From Gemmatimonadota bacterium (GTDB lineage Bacteria > Gemmatimonadota > Gemmatimonadetes > Gemmatimonadales > GWC2-71-9), in assembly GCA_036679605.1 (NCBI GenBank), contig JAZDCZ010000251.1:32001-96000 (forward strand): a DNA stretch of 64,000 nt. The letters run 5' to 3'. The notes below the pieces were generated by a model that worked only from the letters and a program-made list of their open reading frames with translations, was not told where the DNA came from and did not search any database. This document shows positions 9,196 through 18,960 of the stretch, in pieces. The position numbers and the translations under genes were made by a program. Each line of letters opens with the position of its first letter. The first letter of the stretch is position 1.

Positions 9196-10391
9196 GAGAC
9201 GCCTTCATCTGTTCCGCGGTGCGCACTCCCGTTGGCCGGCACGGTGGCGCGTTGGCGAGCGTCCGGCCCGACGACCTCGCCGCCACCGCGCTCAAGGCAG
9301 CGGTCGAGCGGGTGGATTTCGATCCGGCCAACATCGACGACGTGATCTTGGGGTGTGCCAATCAAGCAGGTGAGGACAACCGCAATGTCGCTCGGATGGC
9401 GTCGCTGTTAGCGGGCTTTCCCGTCGAGATTCCAGGACAGACCGTAAACCGACTATGCGGATCGGGACTACAAGCAGTTGCGAGCGCCGCGCACGCTATC
9501 AAGGCGGGAGAAGGCGATGCCTTTTTGGCCGGTGGTGTGGAAAGCATGACCCGCGCACCGTACGTCCAGTTGAAGCCTGCAACCGGCTGGGACAGGCGGC
9601 CGCTGCAAGTTGCGGATACCACTTTGGGTTGGCGCTTCGTCAATCCACGAATGCCCCGAGAGTGGACCATCGCGCTTGGGGCCACGGCGGAACTCGTGGC
9701 CAAAGAGCACGGGATCACGCGCGAAGAGCAGGACGCGTTTGCGCTCCAGAGCCAGCGCAAGACGGCAGCAGCAATGCAAGACGGCGTGTTCGGCGACGAG
9801 ATAGTTCCTGTCTCTGTCGCGCGACCGAAGGGTAAGGTCGAAAGGGTAAGCGTAGACGAACACCCACGGCCCGACGTAACTCTCGATCAACTGGCGAAAC
9901 TGAACCCCGCATTCGTGCAAACCAACGGCACCGTGACCGCGGGGTCCGCCAGCGGAATCAACGACGGGGCAGCGGCACTACTGGTAGTGGGTGGTACGCC
10001 ACATGGCCTGAACGGCCTAGAACCTTTGGCGCGAGTGGTTGGCAGCGCAGTCGCGGGAATCGATCCTGCCCGCATGGGTCTTGGACCGGTGCCGGCTACA
10101 CTCAAGTTGCTCGAGCGAACGGGCGTTAGTGTCCACGAGATCGACTTGGTCGAGATAAACGAGGCATTCGCTGCGCAGGCCATTGCATGCATCAGGGTAC
10201 TGAGCCTCGACCCCAGCCGAGTAAACATCTACGGCGGCGCCATCGCGCTGGGTCACCCCCTCGGGTGCAGTGGCGCCAAGATACTGACCACGCTAGTGCA
10301 CGCACTCAAGCGCACCGGCGGTCGCTATGGGCTGGCCACTATGTGTATCGGCGTGGGCCAAGGGATCTCCATGCTGGTCGAGCGATTGTGA
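9192..10391 (+). CDS. paaJ: Acetyl-CoA C-acyltransferase (thiolase, PcaF/PaaJ-like)
   Basis: GCANQAGEDNRNVAR, NRLCGSG, NEAFA, GHPLG and MCIGVGQG motifs; GTG start overlaps the upstream stop. Confidence 0.88.
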   Translation: MRDAFICSAVRTPVGRHGGALASVRPDDLAATALKAAVERVDFDPANIDDVILGCANQAGEDNRNVARMASLLAGFPVEIPGQTVNRLCGSGLQAVASAAHAIKAGEGDAFLAGGVESMTRAPYVQLKPATGWDRRPLQVADTTLGWRFVNPRMPREWTIALGATAELVAKEHGITREEQDAFALQSQRKTAAAMQDGVFGDEIVPVSVARPKGKVERVSVDEHPRPDVTLDQLAKLNPAFVQTNGTVTAGSASGINDGAAALLVVGGTPHGLNGLEPLARVVGSAVAGIDPARMGLGPVPATLKLLERTGVSVHEIDLVEINEAFAAQAIACIRVLSLDPSRVNIYGGAIALGHPLGCSGAKILTTLVHALKRTGGRYGLATMCIGVGQGISMLVERL

Positions 10392-11179
10392 CCGAACCTC
10401 ACGTTCTCGTAACGACCGACGCCAGAGTTGCGACCATCACACTCAACCGGCCCGACAAGCTGAATGCGTTCGCCGGACAGATGCGTCAGGAACTAGCCGA
10501 CGCTGTGAGTCAAATGGCGAATGACGACACAGTCAGGGTCATAGTCATTACCGGCGCAGGCAGAGCCTTCTGTGCAGGTGCGGATATCGGATACATGAAA
10601 CAGTTGCTCGAGGACGACGACTATGAATCGGCGGAGGCCTTGGTTGAGGCTGGTCGCTCCGTAGTCACAACCATTCGGGCAACGGCCAAGCCCGTGGTCG
10701 CTTCACTCAACGGTGCTGCGGCCGGTGGAGGAGCCAACATGGCACTCGCCTGCGACATCCGCATTGCGTCGGACAGAGCAAGCATCGGTCAGACCTTTAA
10801 TAGAATCGGACTCCACCCCGACTGGGGCGGTACCTATTTCCTTCCTCGCCTAGTAGGACCATCAAAAGCCCTGGAACTGATTTTTTCGGCAGACATGTTG
10901 GATGCCCAAAGTGCTCTAGCCATTGGATTGTTCAACAGAGTTGTGCCGCATGGCGAGCTTGCACGTGAGACCGCTGCATTTGCACGAATGTTGGCGGAGA
11001 AGCCGCCGATCTCTTTGGCGCTTGCCAAGGAGGCCATCTACCGCAGCGATGAGAGCAATCTCAATCAAATGCTGGATGTAGAGTTGGACCATCAGCTCCG
11101 CTGTTTCAAGAGTCACGACGCCAAGGAAGGACTCCAGGCGTTCCTAGAAAAACGATCACCCCATTTTGAAGGCAGGTAG
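10388..11179 (+). CDS. Enoyl-CoA hydratase/isomerase (PaaG-like)
   Basis: LNRPDKLNA, FCAGADI, GGGANMALACD and GLHPDWGGTYFLPR (Asp-type as in PaaG). Confidence 0.88.
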   Translation: MTEPHVLVTTDARVATITLNRPDKLNAFAGQMRQELADAVSQMANDDTVRVIVITGAGRAFCAGADIGYMKQLLEDDDYESAEALVEAGRSVVTTIRATAKPVVASLNGAAAGGGANMALACDIRIASDRASIGQTFNRIGLHPDWGGTYFLPRLVGPSKALELIFSADMLDAQSALAIGLFNRVVPHGELARETAAFARMLAEKPPISLALAKEAIYRSDESNLNQMLDVELDHQLRCFKSHDAKEGLQAFLEKRSPHFEGR

Positions 11180-11182
11180 AGA

Positions 11183-12298
11183 ATGATTCGTAAGGTCCAC
11201 AACTGGGATGACTGGATCGACTACTTCTACTTCTGGCAGGATTCGATTGGGCTCGATCGATCGGAGTTACGTGACTTCGAGTTCGACATCAAGTTCGGCG
11301 AGCCCGAGGCCGGCGCGATCGAATTCGGCCACTACAAGGGACAACTCAAGTGGCCAAGCATAATGCACATTCCCGACCAGCGAATTCGCGATGCGCTCAT
11401 GAACTTGATCATCTATCAAGGTGACACCGAGTTTGCTTCGGTAGAGCAGCAGCGCAATCTCCTGCTTTCTCCGCCCAGCGACTACGACATGCAGGCGATC
11501 ATGCGCGTAATGTGCGAGGAGATGCGGCATGGCTGGCAGATGTCGTATCTGCTGTGCGAACATTTTGGTGATGAAGGCAAACGAGAAGCACAGAAGATGC
11601 TGGAGCGCACTGCGGACGAGGGTCAGCGCCTACTGGGTAGCTTCAATGAGCTGGTCGACAACTGGCTCGACTTCTTTACCTACACCCAGTTCATCGATCG
11701 CGACGGCAAATTCCAGCTCAAGATGCTGTCGACCTCTGCGTTCGAGCCGCTAGCACGCTCTATGGGACCGATGCTCAAAGAGGAGAGTTTCCACCTCGGC
11801 ACCGGCAACAACGGTTTGCTCAGGATCATCAAGGCCGGGATCATTCCGCCGGAGATCATGCAGCACTTCTTCAACAAGTGGGTACCGACGGCATTCGATC
11901 TGTTTGGGACCGATCACTCGTCGTCGGCACACTGGGCCTACGTGTGGGGTCTGAAAGGCCGGTTCGACGAGCGCGAGAACCCCGTCGAGGCCGACAAGGA
12001 CGCTCTGAACGACATGTCGCGCCAGCTCTATCGGCAGGAATGCGTGCGCCTGGTCGACAGACTCAACAAATTCATTCCCGACCGCGACCGCTGGCTGATG
12101 ATCCCAGACATCAAGTTCAATCGGAGTATAGGCGAACACGCGCACATGCATTACGATGTCCACGGGAATGAACTGAGCGCCAATCGCTACGAGAAGTACA
12201 TAGCATCCGTGACGCCCTCCAAGGACGATTACGATCTAGTGCACAAGCTCACGAAGGAGCCCGACTGGATCGAAGCCCGCGAAATCTCAAAGAATTGA
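11183..12298 (+). CDS. Ferritin-like di-iron aromatic-CoA epoxidase, BoxB-like
   Basis: QGDTEFASVEQQ, EEMRH, DRDGKFQL and EESFH match BoxB iron-ligand motifs. Confidence 0.8.
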   Translation: MIRKVHNWDDWIDYFYFWQDSIGLDRSELRDFEFDIKFGEPEAGAIEFGHYKGQLKWPSIMHIPDQRIRDALMNLIIYQGDTEFASVEQQRNLLLSPPSDYDMQAIMRVMCEEMRHGWQMSYLLCEHFGDEGKREAQKMLERTADEGQRLLGSFNELVDNWLDFFTYTQFIDRDGKFQLKMLSTSAFEPLARSMGPMLKEESFHLGTGNNGLLRIIKAGIIPPEIMQHFFNKWVPTAFDLFGTDHSSSAHWAYVWGLKGRFDERENPVEADKDALNDMSRQLYRQECVRLVDRLNKFIPDRDRWLMIPDIKFNRSIGEHAHMHYDVHGNELSANRYEKYIASVTPSKDDYDLVHKLTKEPDWIEAREISKN

Positions 12299-12978
12299 CG
12301 CGCGTCATCGCACACCGCGGCGCATCGGGCAAGGAGTTGGAGAACACGCTCGCTGCGTTCCGTACGGCGGTGGCACTCGGTGCGGACGGCGTTGAACTCG
12401 ACGTTCATGTAACATCTGACGCGGTTGTGGTCGTACATCACGACGACACGATCGCCGGCATGCCGATTCGCGATAAATCCCTGGACGAATTGCGCACGCA
12501 ACCTCTCGGCAACGGCGAACCGATCCCTACGTTGGATGACGTGCTGAGAGAGTTAAGTGATGCCGTAGAGGTCTTTGTCGAAGTAAAAGAGCTACCTGCC
12601 GAGCATGACGCCACGCTGTTGTCGGTACTGGATAGCGGGCCGGCGTATCAGCGCTACCGAGTTCACTCGTTCGACCATCGCATAGTGAAGAGGCTCCGCG
12701 AAGCAAGACCTTCCCTACCCTGCGGTGTGCTGTCGACCTCCTATTTGCTCGATCCGCTAGCGCAGGTCCAGGACGCCATGGCTACGAGCCTTTGGCAAGA
12801 GCAGTCGCTAATCGATCGCGATCTCGTGGATCTCACGCACAACGAAAACATCGAAGTTTACGCGTGGACGGTGAACGACATTGACCGCATGCGCGAATTG
12901 GTGGGGCTCGGTGTTGATGCTATTTGTACGAATCATCCTGACATCGCCCAAAAGGTTGTCACCGGCTCAGAAGTCTAA
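12295..12978 (+). CDS. Glycerophosphodiester phosphodiesterase family protein
   Basis: IAHRGAS...ENTLAAF...GVELDV, AWTVND and GVDAICTNHP. Confidence 0.92.
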   Translation: MTRVIAHRGASGKELENTLAAFRTAVALGADGVELDVHVTSDAVVVVHHDDTIAGMPIRDKSLDELRTQPLGNGEPIPTLDDVLRELSDAVEVFVEVKELPAEHDATLLSVLDSGPAYQRYRVHSFDHRIVKRLREARPSLPCGVLSTSYLLDPLAQVQDAMATSLWQEQSLIDRDLVDLTHNENIEVYAWTVNDIDRMRELVGLGVDAICTNHPDIAQKVVTGSEV

Positions 12979-13010
12979 TGGCCCGGGTTAATGGGCCGTT
13001 GTCGGCGGAC

Positions 13011-13060
13011 TGTTGTCAGCGGCTCAGAGCCGCTACTCGGCTGATGTCGCTGATAGCGAC
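13011..13060. repeat. 50-bp direct repeat, copy 1 (copy 2 at 19865-19914)
   Basis: tgttgtcagcggctca(g/t)agccgctactcggctgatgtcgctgatagcgac; one mismatch between copies. Confidence 0.95.
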
Positions 13061-13206
13061 AGTCACGCACCATCTTTTCATTCGGGGACGTAGTAGTGGA
13101 GGGAGTAGGACACAGATGGACGCAGAATACGCTGATGACTAAGAGCGCTAGTGCGCGCGCCACTCACGGTCCGGGCTCCCGAGCAATCAGCGATTCTTCC
13201 GTTCCC

Positions 13207-13720
13207 CTACACTCGGTCAACACTTCCGTCCTTCCTCACCTTGACAAGTACCATCCGCACCGGATCTCACTCCCCTTCCAACGTGAACTGCACGGAGGTC
13301 GCGGATGTACGCTTCACACCAGCCGCAGATCCCAGAGTCACGAACTTGAGAAGTGCGCTCCCCAGTCCGGCAAAGCTGATCGACTTCTTCTTTTTCTCCG
13401 TTCCGAGAAAGACGAAATGCCTGGCCTCATAAACCTGCGAAGCAATGTAGAATTGTCCGTGTCGTCATCCGTCAACTTTCCTAACCGGCGGGCTACAGCG
13501 AACAAGTTGCTGATTCTCTTTCCAGTCACCCGAGGCGTACGGATGAAGAACGCGTTCTCTGTACGAAAACTGATCCTGAACTCGGCCTTGGCTTCAAGAT
13601 CCAACTGGTCGAATCCGATCTCGCCTTCCAGCCGTACGAAGGTTCGCGAGACGCCCTGCAGCTACAGAGAAATGTTCCCTTCCTTGTCCAGATTTCGTGT
13701 GTTGATACAATTGATGCCTG
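13207..13720 (-). pseudogene. Decayed ORF, possibly a gasdermin-like beta-rich protein
   Basis: Protein-like reading with in-frame TAG (13662-13664), a frameshift near 13450 and TGA (13267-13269): ...AKAEFRISFRTENAFFI.../QFYIASQVYEARHFVFLG... Confidence 0.45.
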
Positions 13721-13726
13721 ATAACC

Positions 13727-14908
13727 CTATCTCTTGTCCACAAGTCTTCCACGCACAACATAGAACACATCCAACGAATCCCGAACGATCGAATAGATCG
13801 TATTCCGTATGATCAACGGATGCCACACGTCAATCACACTCCACGGCGCGTCAACCGACCATAAGTACCGCCCTTCGAGATCAAAAACATCGAAAACGGT
13901 ATTCTTCCCACGGGTCACCCGCCTAACCCACAATCGCCCTTCGTCATCGAGGTCGATATTCTCAATGAAGGGGTGTACCTTCGGTAACATCGTACGGTCC
14001 AGCTCAGTGTACCGCGACCAACGATCCATTCTTGGTTCGAGCACAGCCAATGCCTCATCAACCTCGCCATCCGTCACCTTCAGCTGCGCATTGTTCACTT
14101 CAATGACGAGGGTGGTATCGAGCCCAAATGTTGTCCGGTAAATAGCGTACTCATTTGTCCGAGTAGACCAGATGTTGCCGTTTCGGTCAACGATCCAATG
14201 GAACCTGGGTGCGAAGGGCATATCCATCGTACCTCTGGGTATCTCGATCTTCACTTCGTACTCCCCTAGATCATCGATGAGCTGTACCGAATCTTGAACT
14301 CCTGATCGCGGGTCAAATCGCCTTACGAACCCGGCCAGCACTCCCGTGGAATATCCCAGCCCCTCGTCGTAAACCAAGCCGTTGTCGTCAATGCCTCCCT
14401 GCCAGAAAAAACTACGCATGATGGAGTTCATTCTAAATGACTCGATCAACTTGCCACTCGCATTGAATTCGGACAACCGACGGTTACCTCCGTCCAGCAC
14501 CCAAAGTGTCCCCTCAGGGGACCACTTCAAACCCCGCGCCGACTTAAACTCAGCGGGTCCCTCCCCAAGTCGTCCAAATGCGAACTTGAACGTTCCGGTG
14601 GAGTCGAAGACCCGGATTTCCTGACCAATGTGGTCGAGCACGTACACGGATCCAGATTTATCAACTGCAACACCAGTAACCGAACTGAATACATCTCTGC
14701 CATTCCCTTCCACAGCACCGATTCTTAGATCTTCCTTGATTATGCGGGTCGCCGTCAGTTGTGCTGGATACGTGTGGCGCACGTGCACGGTACCACCTCC
14801 ATCTTTGGAGGCGTGCACTTCGACAGCACCGTTCCAACTGGACTCCTGTTTGCATCCGGAAACGAGCGCCAGGTTGAGGTACAGGACAAAGTATATGCGT
14901 TGCGTCAT
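13727..14908 (-). CDS. Six-bladed (NHL/TolB-like) beta-propeller lipoprotein
   Basis: Lipobox LVSGC; VAVDKSGSVYVLD, FGRLGEGPAEF, DDEGRLWVR and FDVFDLEGRYL. Confidence 0.88.
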   Translation of the reverse strand: MTQRIYFVLYLNLALVSGCKQESSWNGAVEVHASKDGGGTVHVRHTYPAQLTATRIIKEDLRIGAVEGNGRDVFSSVTGVAVDKSGSVYVLDHIGQEIRVFDSTGTFKFAFGRLGEGPAEFKSARGLKWSPEGTLWVLDGGNRRLSEFNASGKLIESFRMNSIMRSFFWQGGIDDNGLVYDEGLGYSTGVLAGFVRRFDPRSGVQDSVQLIDDLGEYEVKIEIPRGTMDMPFAPRFHWIVDRNGNIWSTRTNEYAIYRTTFGLDTTLVIEVNNAQLKVTDGEVDEALAVLEPRMDRWSRYTELDRTMLPKVHPFIENIDLDDEGRLWVRRVTRGKNTVFDVFDLEGRYLWSVDAPWSVIDVWHPLIIRNTIYSIVRDSLDVFYVVRGRLVDKR

Positions 14909-14919
14909 GGCCTACGACC

Positions 14920-15963
14920 TCAATGTGCGATCATCATGCGACTTACGAGAGGAGAGCCAAGTGAGTCGGTACCAACAAGGACAAGAGACTCCTGATCGAA
15001 TCGAGTCGCCACAGTTGCGGCTACCTTCCACACTGCAACGTCAGCTGGGCCATCCCCATCGACTTTGATGAAGCGGAGAATCCCCGAGTCGCTCTCCGCC
15101 CAAACAACCATGTACGACTCTTGCTCCTGAGGCCAGATCATAATGGCCTTTGGGAACGTCCACCAGATCTCCTTGATGTGATCTGCACCGGAACCATAGT
15201 GGATTATGTTCTCTAGTACGTCGTCCCCGATGCCGGGACCTGTGGCTACTCGCAGGGTCTTGTTGGGTTCTGTCAGAAACACGTTTCCTGTCGTTGCCTG
15301 GGCGACAAGCGCTCGTGACTCATCCAGCATATAGATGGCCCCCCCAGCCACGATGGCACCGACATGATCTGAAGCTTCTCCTGGGAGTTGAAGTCCTGTG
15401 TGGGCTGTTGCTCCGCTGGTTGGCCAGAACCAGTGCACTTCCTGCTTCACAAGGTCAGGGCGTACCGTACCTCCCGTAAGGACAATAGTTGTGTCATCGT
15501 TAATCCTCAGATCTTTTGGGTTCACGACGAGTGGATCCACAACCATTTGGCGGATGAATTGAAGTTCCATATCCAACACTAACACCGCCTCATACCCTAA
15601 ATCGTACACAGCTGTCAGATTCCCTGAACCAGATGTTGCCACCAGATATGGTTGGCGAAAACCTCGGCCTGTCTCATCTAATCTCTTGACAACTCTGACG
15701 ACACTTCCGTTCTCACCGTCCAGGATAACCAAAGCGGCACGCTGGGGATCAGCAACTATCACTGTCTTCGAAGCACCTTTCATCTGTACTGACACCGACC
15801 GAGGTGCCTCTAACTCAATTTGGTCGACGGCTCTGATACTCCAGACATACTGCGGAACCCGACGCACCTGCGGCCGTTCGCCACCGCACGCTAATAGGGT
15901 TGTGCAAACAAGCAGGCAGATCACGTTCCTGAGGTCGTACGTGCAATTCGTTGACATTGGCAC
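14920..15963 (-). CDS. Putative beta-propeller lipoprotein
   Basis: Lipobox LLACGG; VIVADP and GFRQP...AVYDLG blade-like segments; operonic with 13727-14908. Confidence 0.7.
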   Translation of the reverse strand: MPMSTNCTYDLRNVICLLVCTTLLACGGERPQVRRVPQYVWSIRAVDQIELEAPRSVSVQMKGASKTVIVADPQRAALVILDGENGSVVRVVKRLDETGRGFRQPYLVATSGSGNLTAVYDLGYEAVLVLDMELQFIRQMVVDPLVVNPKDLRINDDTTIVLTGGTVRPDLVKQEVHWFWPTSGATAHTGLQLPGEASDHVGAIVAGGAIYMLDESRALVAQATTGNVFLTEPNKTLRVATGPGIGDDVLENIIHYGSGADHIKEIWWTFPKAIMIWPQEQESYMVVWAESDSGILRFIKVDGDGPADVAVWKVAATVATRFDQESLVLVGTDSLGSPLVSRMMIAH

Positions 15964-16034
15964 CGTCTTCGGATTCGCTGAGCTAGACTTGGCAGAGGTG
16001 ACGCACTCTGCCTTGCTGTCACCACGCCTGACAG

Positions 16035-16454
16035 CTAGCCACCTGCCATCGTACGACTGCCGTCACTAGACTTACCTTTGTCTTCACCGCCCGTACCTTC
16101 TGATGTGGCACCTTTCGTTGAGGTCACTACCACCCTTGATTCGCCATTGCACGGCTTGGTCCACATAATGTCGGGTGCTACCTCTAACGCCCAAATTTTT
16201 TCCCCAGATGTCAGCTGTACCTGGTCGCCCCAGTCTCTCAGCATAACACCCACAACGCAAATACCGCCGTTCTCACGGCAGCCCTCGAACGGCACCAATT
16301 CACAGTCGTTGCTACCGGTATTGTCGCCAAACCAAGGTACTGCCGTACACAGGGGGCATGTCTCACAGGCCTGAGCGACAAGGGGACGCGGCACGAAGCT
16401 TAATCCACAGACGATGAATGCACCTGCAAGTAACATTATCTTAATTCTTTGCAT
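16035..16454 (-). CDS. Secreted Cys-rich small protein or peptide precursor
   Basis: GGAGGA RBS; Sec signal ending LVA-Q; six Cys (CETCPLC...C...C...C) within ~40 aa after the signal. Confidence 0.75.
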   Translation of the reverse strand: MQRIKIMLLAGAFIVCGLSFVPRPLVAQACETCPLCTAVPWFGDNTGSNDCELVPFEGCRENGGICVVGVMLRDWGDQVQLTSGEKIWALEVAPDIMWTKPCNGESRVVVTSTKGATSEGTGGEDKGKSSDGSRTMAGG

Positions 16455-16592
16455 CGTAGATTCCTCCTGGTAGTTACATGTCATTTGTCACTCCCCCCAA
16501 GCCAGCTCAGCGAATCCATTCACTGCCAATTCCTCGGCTTTCCTCATCAGATTGCGGCGCCCTTCCGACCGTCGTGATCATGTTCCGTCGTT

Positions 16593-18068
16593 CTATCTCT
16601 CCGACAAGAGCGCTATTAGGGCAGCTGGGCTACCTGCGCGAGACAACAGATCACTGGCCAGCTCCAGGACCGTATCCTTGTGGTAGTTAAGACTCCTGGT
16701 TTCCCGAACGTCGATTACCCCATCCGCACTCTCGACCTGCCCAAGCACGATGTCAGGAAGGATCCCTGGTCCGGGATCCAGCGGTCGCCCCCCGTCGGAC
16801 CGGTATACTGTTCTTGGCTCCCGAAAGAGTCGAGGTGCATCGACGAAGGGAGGGCCCCCGTTTCGCGAGAGTTGCGCACCCGAGACGCGACCGACCGATC
16901 GACCAGTTGGCGTGTACCACCGTGAAGTAGTGATCCGCATTGCGGCACCATCAGGAAGGGGGTACAAGCCGTATGTCACACCCTTCCCGAACGTTCGTTG
17001 ACCGATCAACACCGCACGATCGTGATCCTGGAGAGCACCTACAATTGCCTCGGCAGCACTTGCAGTCCCTTGATCGATTAGTACTACGATCGGCATATCG
17101 GGCCACCGCTGTCGACGCTCCGAAATCTCGAGATGTGGGCGAACGGGCTGCCTAAAGCGCTGTTCCACTATGACCAGACCGCTGTCGAGGAAGAGTTCCG
17201 CTATTCTTCTTGCCTGACTGCTGATACCGCCCGGGTTGTCCCGAAGATCAAGAATGAGAGCACGCATACCTCGGTCGCGCAAAACGTCGATCCGCCGCAT
17301 AAGATCACGCGCGGCATTCTGACTGACAACGCGAAGCCGCACGTAGCCCATCGTAGAATCCAGCATCGTCCATTGTGTGATCGAACTGACCTCCACGTAT
17401 CCTCGCTTGAGGCTTATTGACACGGGTTCAGTCGTGGCTTTCTGAAGCGCTTTGATGCGGACAACGGTACCTGGGTTCCCTCGCAAGGCGCTAGCAGCCC
17501 GCGTGGCTGACCAATTCCAGGTTGATTGCCCGTCTATCTCAACGATACGATCACCACCCTGTAATCCCACTCGTGCGGCCGGGCCCCCAGGAGTAGGGGT
17601 AACGATCTGAATCAAGCCGTTGTGGGACTCAACCCCAGCACCGATTCCGGAGTACGAACCGCTCGCCAATGTCGTCAGCGCATGATACGAACTCTTCTCC
17701 ACATATGCGGTATAGGGATCATCGATTCGGGCGATCAATCCCTCAATGGCCAGCTGATATACGTCTGAACGACTGATCGAATCCACGTAGTGGTCTGCGA
17801 TGTATGTGATCATCCTGTCAAGAGTCCGGGCTTTGCTCGTCTCTAGTTGTACCGCACCTCCTAAGCCCCCCGCTCCACTTACCTCGCCGTTTGGAGCCCT
17901 TAAAGACACAACTAGACGGTCTCGATCCATTTCCGCACTGTAGTCAGTTGCGGTCTTCCCACGCGCGCAGGCGAACGACACCGACAGTGTCAGGACTGCC
18001 CACCGAACTCCTACGTCGACTCTCGGTCCGCCCCGGACAAGCGGGCCAAATAACGTGGTCCGCATCAT
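16593..18068 (-). CDS. S41 family C-terminal processing peptidase (PDZ plus catalytic domain)
   Basis: DPYT, GIG PDZ loop, LDLRDNPGG, TASAAE (Ser) and TFGKG (Lys); GAGGAG RBS before the ATG at 18068. Confidence 0.93.
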   Translation of the reverse strand: MMRTTLFGPLVRGGPRVDVGVRWAVLTLSVSFACARGKTATDYSAEMDRDRLVVSLRAPNGEVSGAGGLGGAVQLETSKARTLDRMITYIADHYVDSISRSDVYQLAIEGLIARIDDPYTAYVEKSSYHALTTLASGSYSGIGAGVESHNGLIQIVTPTPGGPAARVGLQGGDRIVEIDGQSTWNWSATRAASALRGNPGTVVRIKALQKATTEPVSISLKRGYVEVSSITQWTMLDSTMGYVRLRVVSQNAARDLMRRIDVLRDRGMRALILDLRDNPGGISSQARRIAELFLDSGLVIVEQRFRQPVRPHLEISERRQRWPDMPIVVLIDQGTASAAEAIVGALQDHDRAVLIGQRTFGKGVTYGLYPLPDGAAMRITTSRWYTPTGRSVGRVSGAQLSRNGGPPFVDAPRLFREPRTVYRSDGGRPLDPGPGILPDIVLGQVESADGVIDVRETRSLNYHKDTVLELASDLLSRAGSPAALIALLSER

Positions 18069-18385
18069 GGGACTCCTCAACAACCGCCACCGTCCCTTTC
18101 CAGGCGGTACTTCTGCACGACCGGGAACTGGAATGTGCGGTTCGTGACAAAACAGAATCGATTGTCAAATGCGGCCCGAGCTTGTCCGAACAAAGCCGAG
18201 TGAACTCTCGTGCGCGTACGCTGCATCAGTAACTTGCCATTCGTAAGCGCAAGCAGCGCCATGACCAATGCTTTATGGGTCGCATGTCCCAAATTCCTTC
18301 TCGGAGTCAGGCATAGAATCTTCCGCGATGTCTTGAAACACCAGAAATTTCACAGACCATGACCCCTTTCTGTCTCTCCACTCCA

Positions 18386-18482
18386 CTCAACCGCCGGCCA
18401 CGCAAACGCCTCGGCTACCGTACCCCGGAGGAATGCTATGAACCGTAATCCTCATTGTTGCACTTCAAACTTGATATCAAGC
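18386..18482 (+). mobile_element. IS30-family remnant (transposase C-terminus plus right end)
   Basis: Encodes LNRRPRKRLGYRTPEECYEP*, then TGTTGCACTTCAAACTTGA, typical of IS30 ends. Confidence 0.8.
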
Positions 18483-18489
18483 GTCCTAA

Positions 18490-18625
18490 TAGACCTGTGC
18501 CCCAAAAGTTGGACAGGTTTGACCCCCGGCTTTTCCGATTAGGGTGGGGTCAGCAGGCTGTGGACGTAGGTCCACGGAGCCTGATCGCCTGAGGCGATCA
18601 CCGATTCGTAACTGTCTCCCTGACG
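18490..18625 (-). mobile_element. IS3-family remnant (terminal inverted repeat plus degenerate transposase tail)
   Basis: TAGACCTGTGCCCCAAAAGTTGGACA resembles IS3-group ends; minus strand reads GDSY-ESVI, a deleted form of GDSYDNALAES. Confidence 0.55.
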
Positions 18626-18960
18626 AATTCACATGCACTAGAGGTCGGCGTCACCACACTACGGGTCGGCCACCCCAGAAGCTCTAGGTCTAGGTCACTG
18701 CGGTCGCTACCAGCATTGTTGCCTAGCACCTCGACCTCAACTGTATCGCGACGCCGATCTCATCAAATTTCACACCCTCTCTCCCACCTGCCGTCCCGCT
18801 GGAGCGCGAGTGGGGTGCAACAGCGACATGATTCACCCGCCGCTCTACTTGGGCAACCCTGGAGTCGCCATAACCGGTCACGGATGCGACATTCCACCGC
18901 GCGGTGGTTGACGCGGCATCAGACGGCTCTCACATTCACACTCCTCTAGTTCCAAGGCAT

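Noticed and set aside
13096..13812. 238-aa plus-strand ORF
   Set aside because: Ser/Arg/Pro-rich composition with no motifs; the minus-strand decayed reading looks more protein-like.
18077..18292. 71-aa ORF upstream of the S41 gene as a second precursor peptide
   Set aside because: TTG start, no clear signal peptide or motif, and next to IS debris; not supportable.
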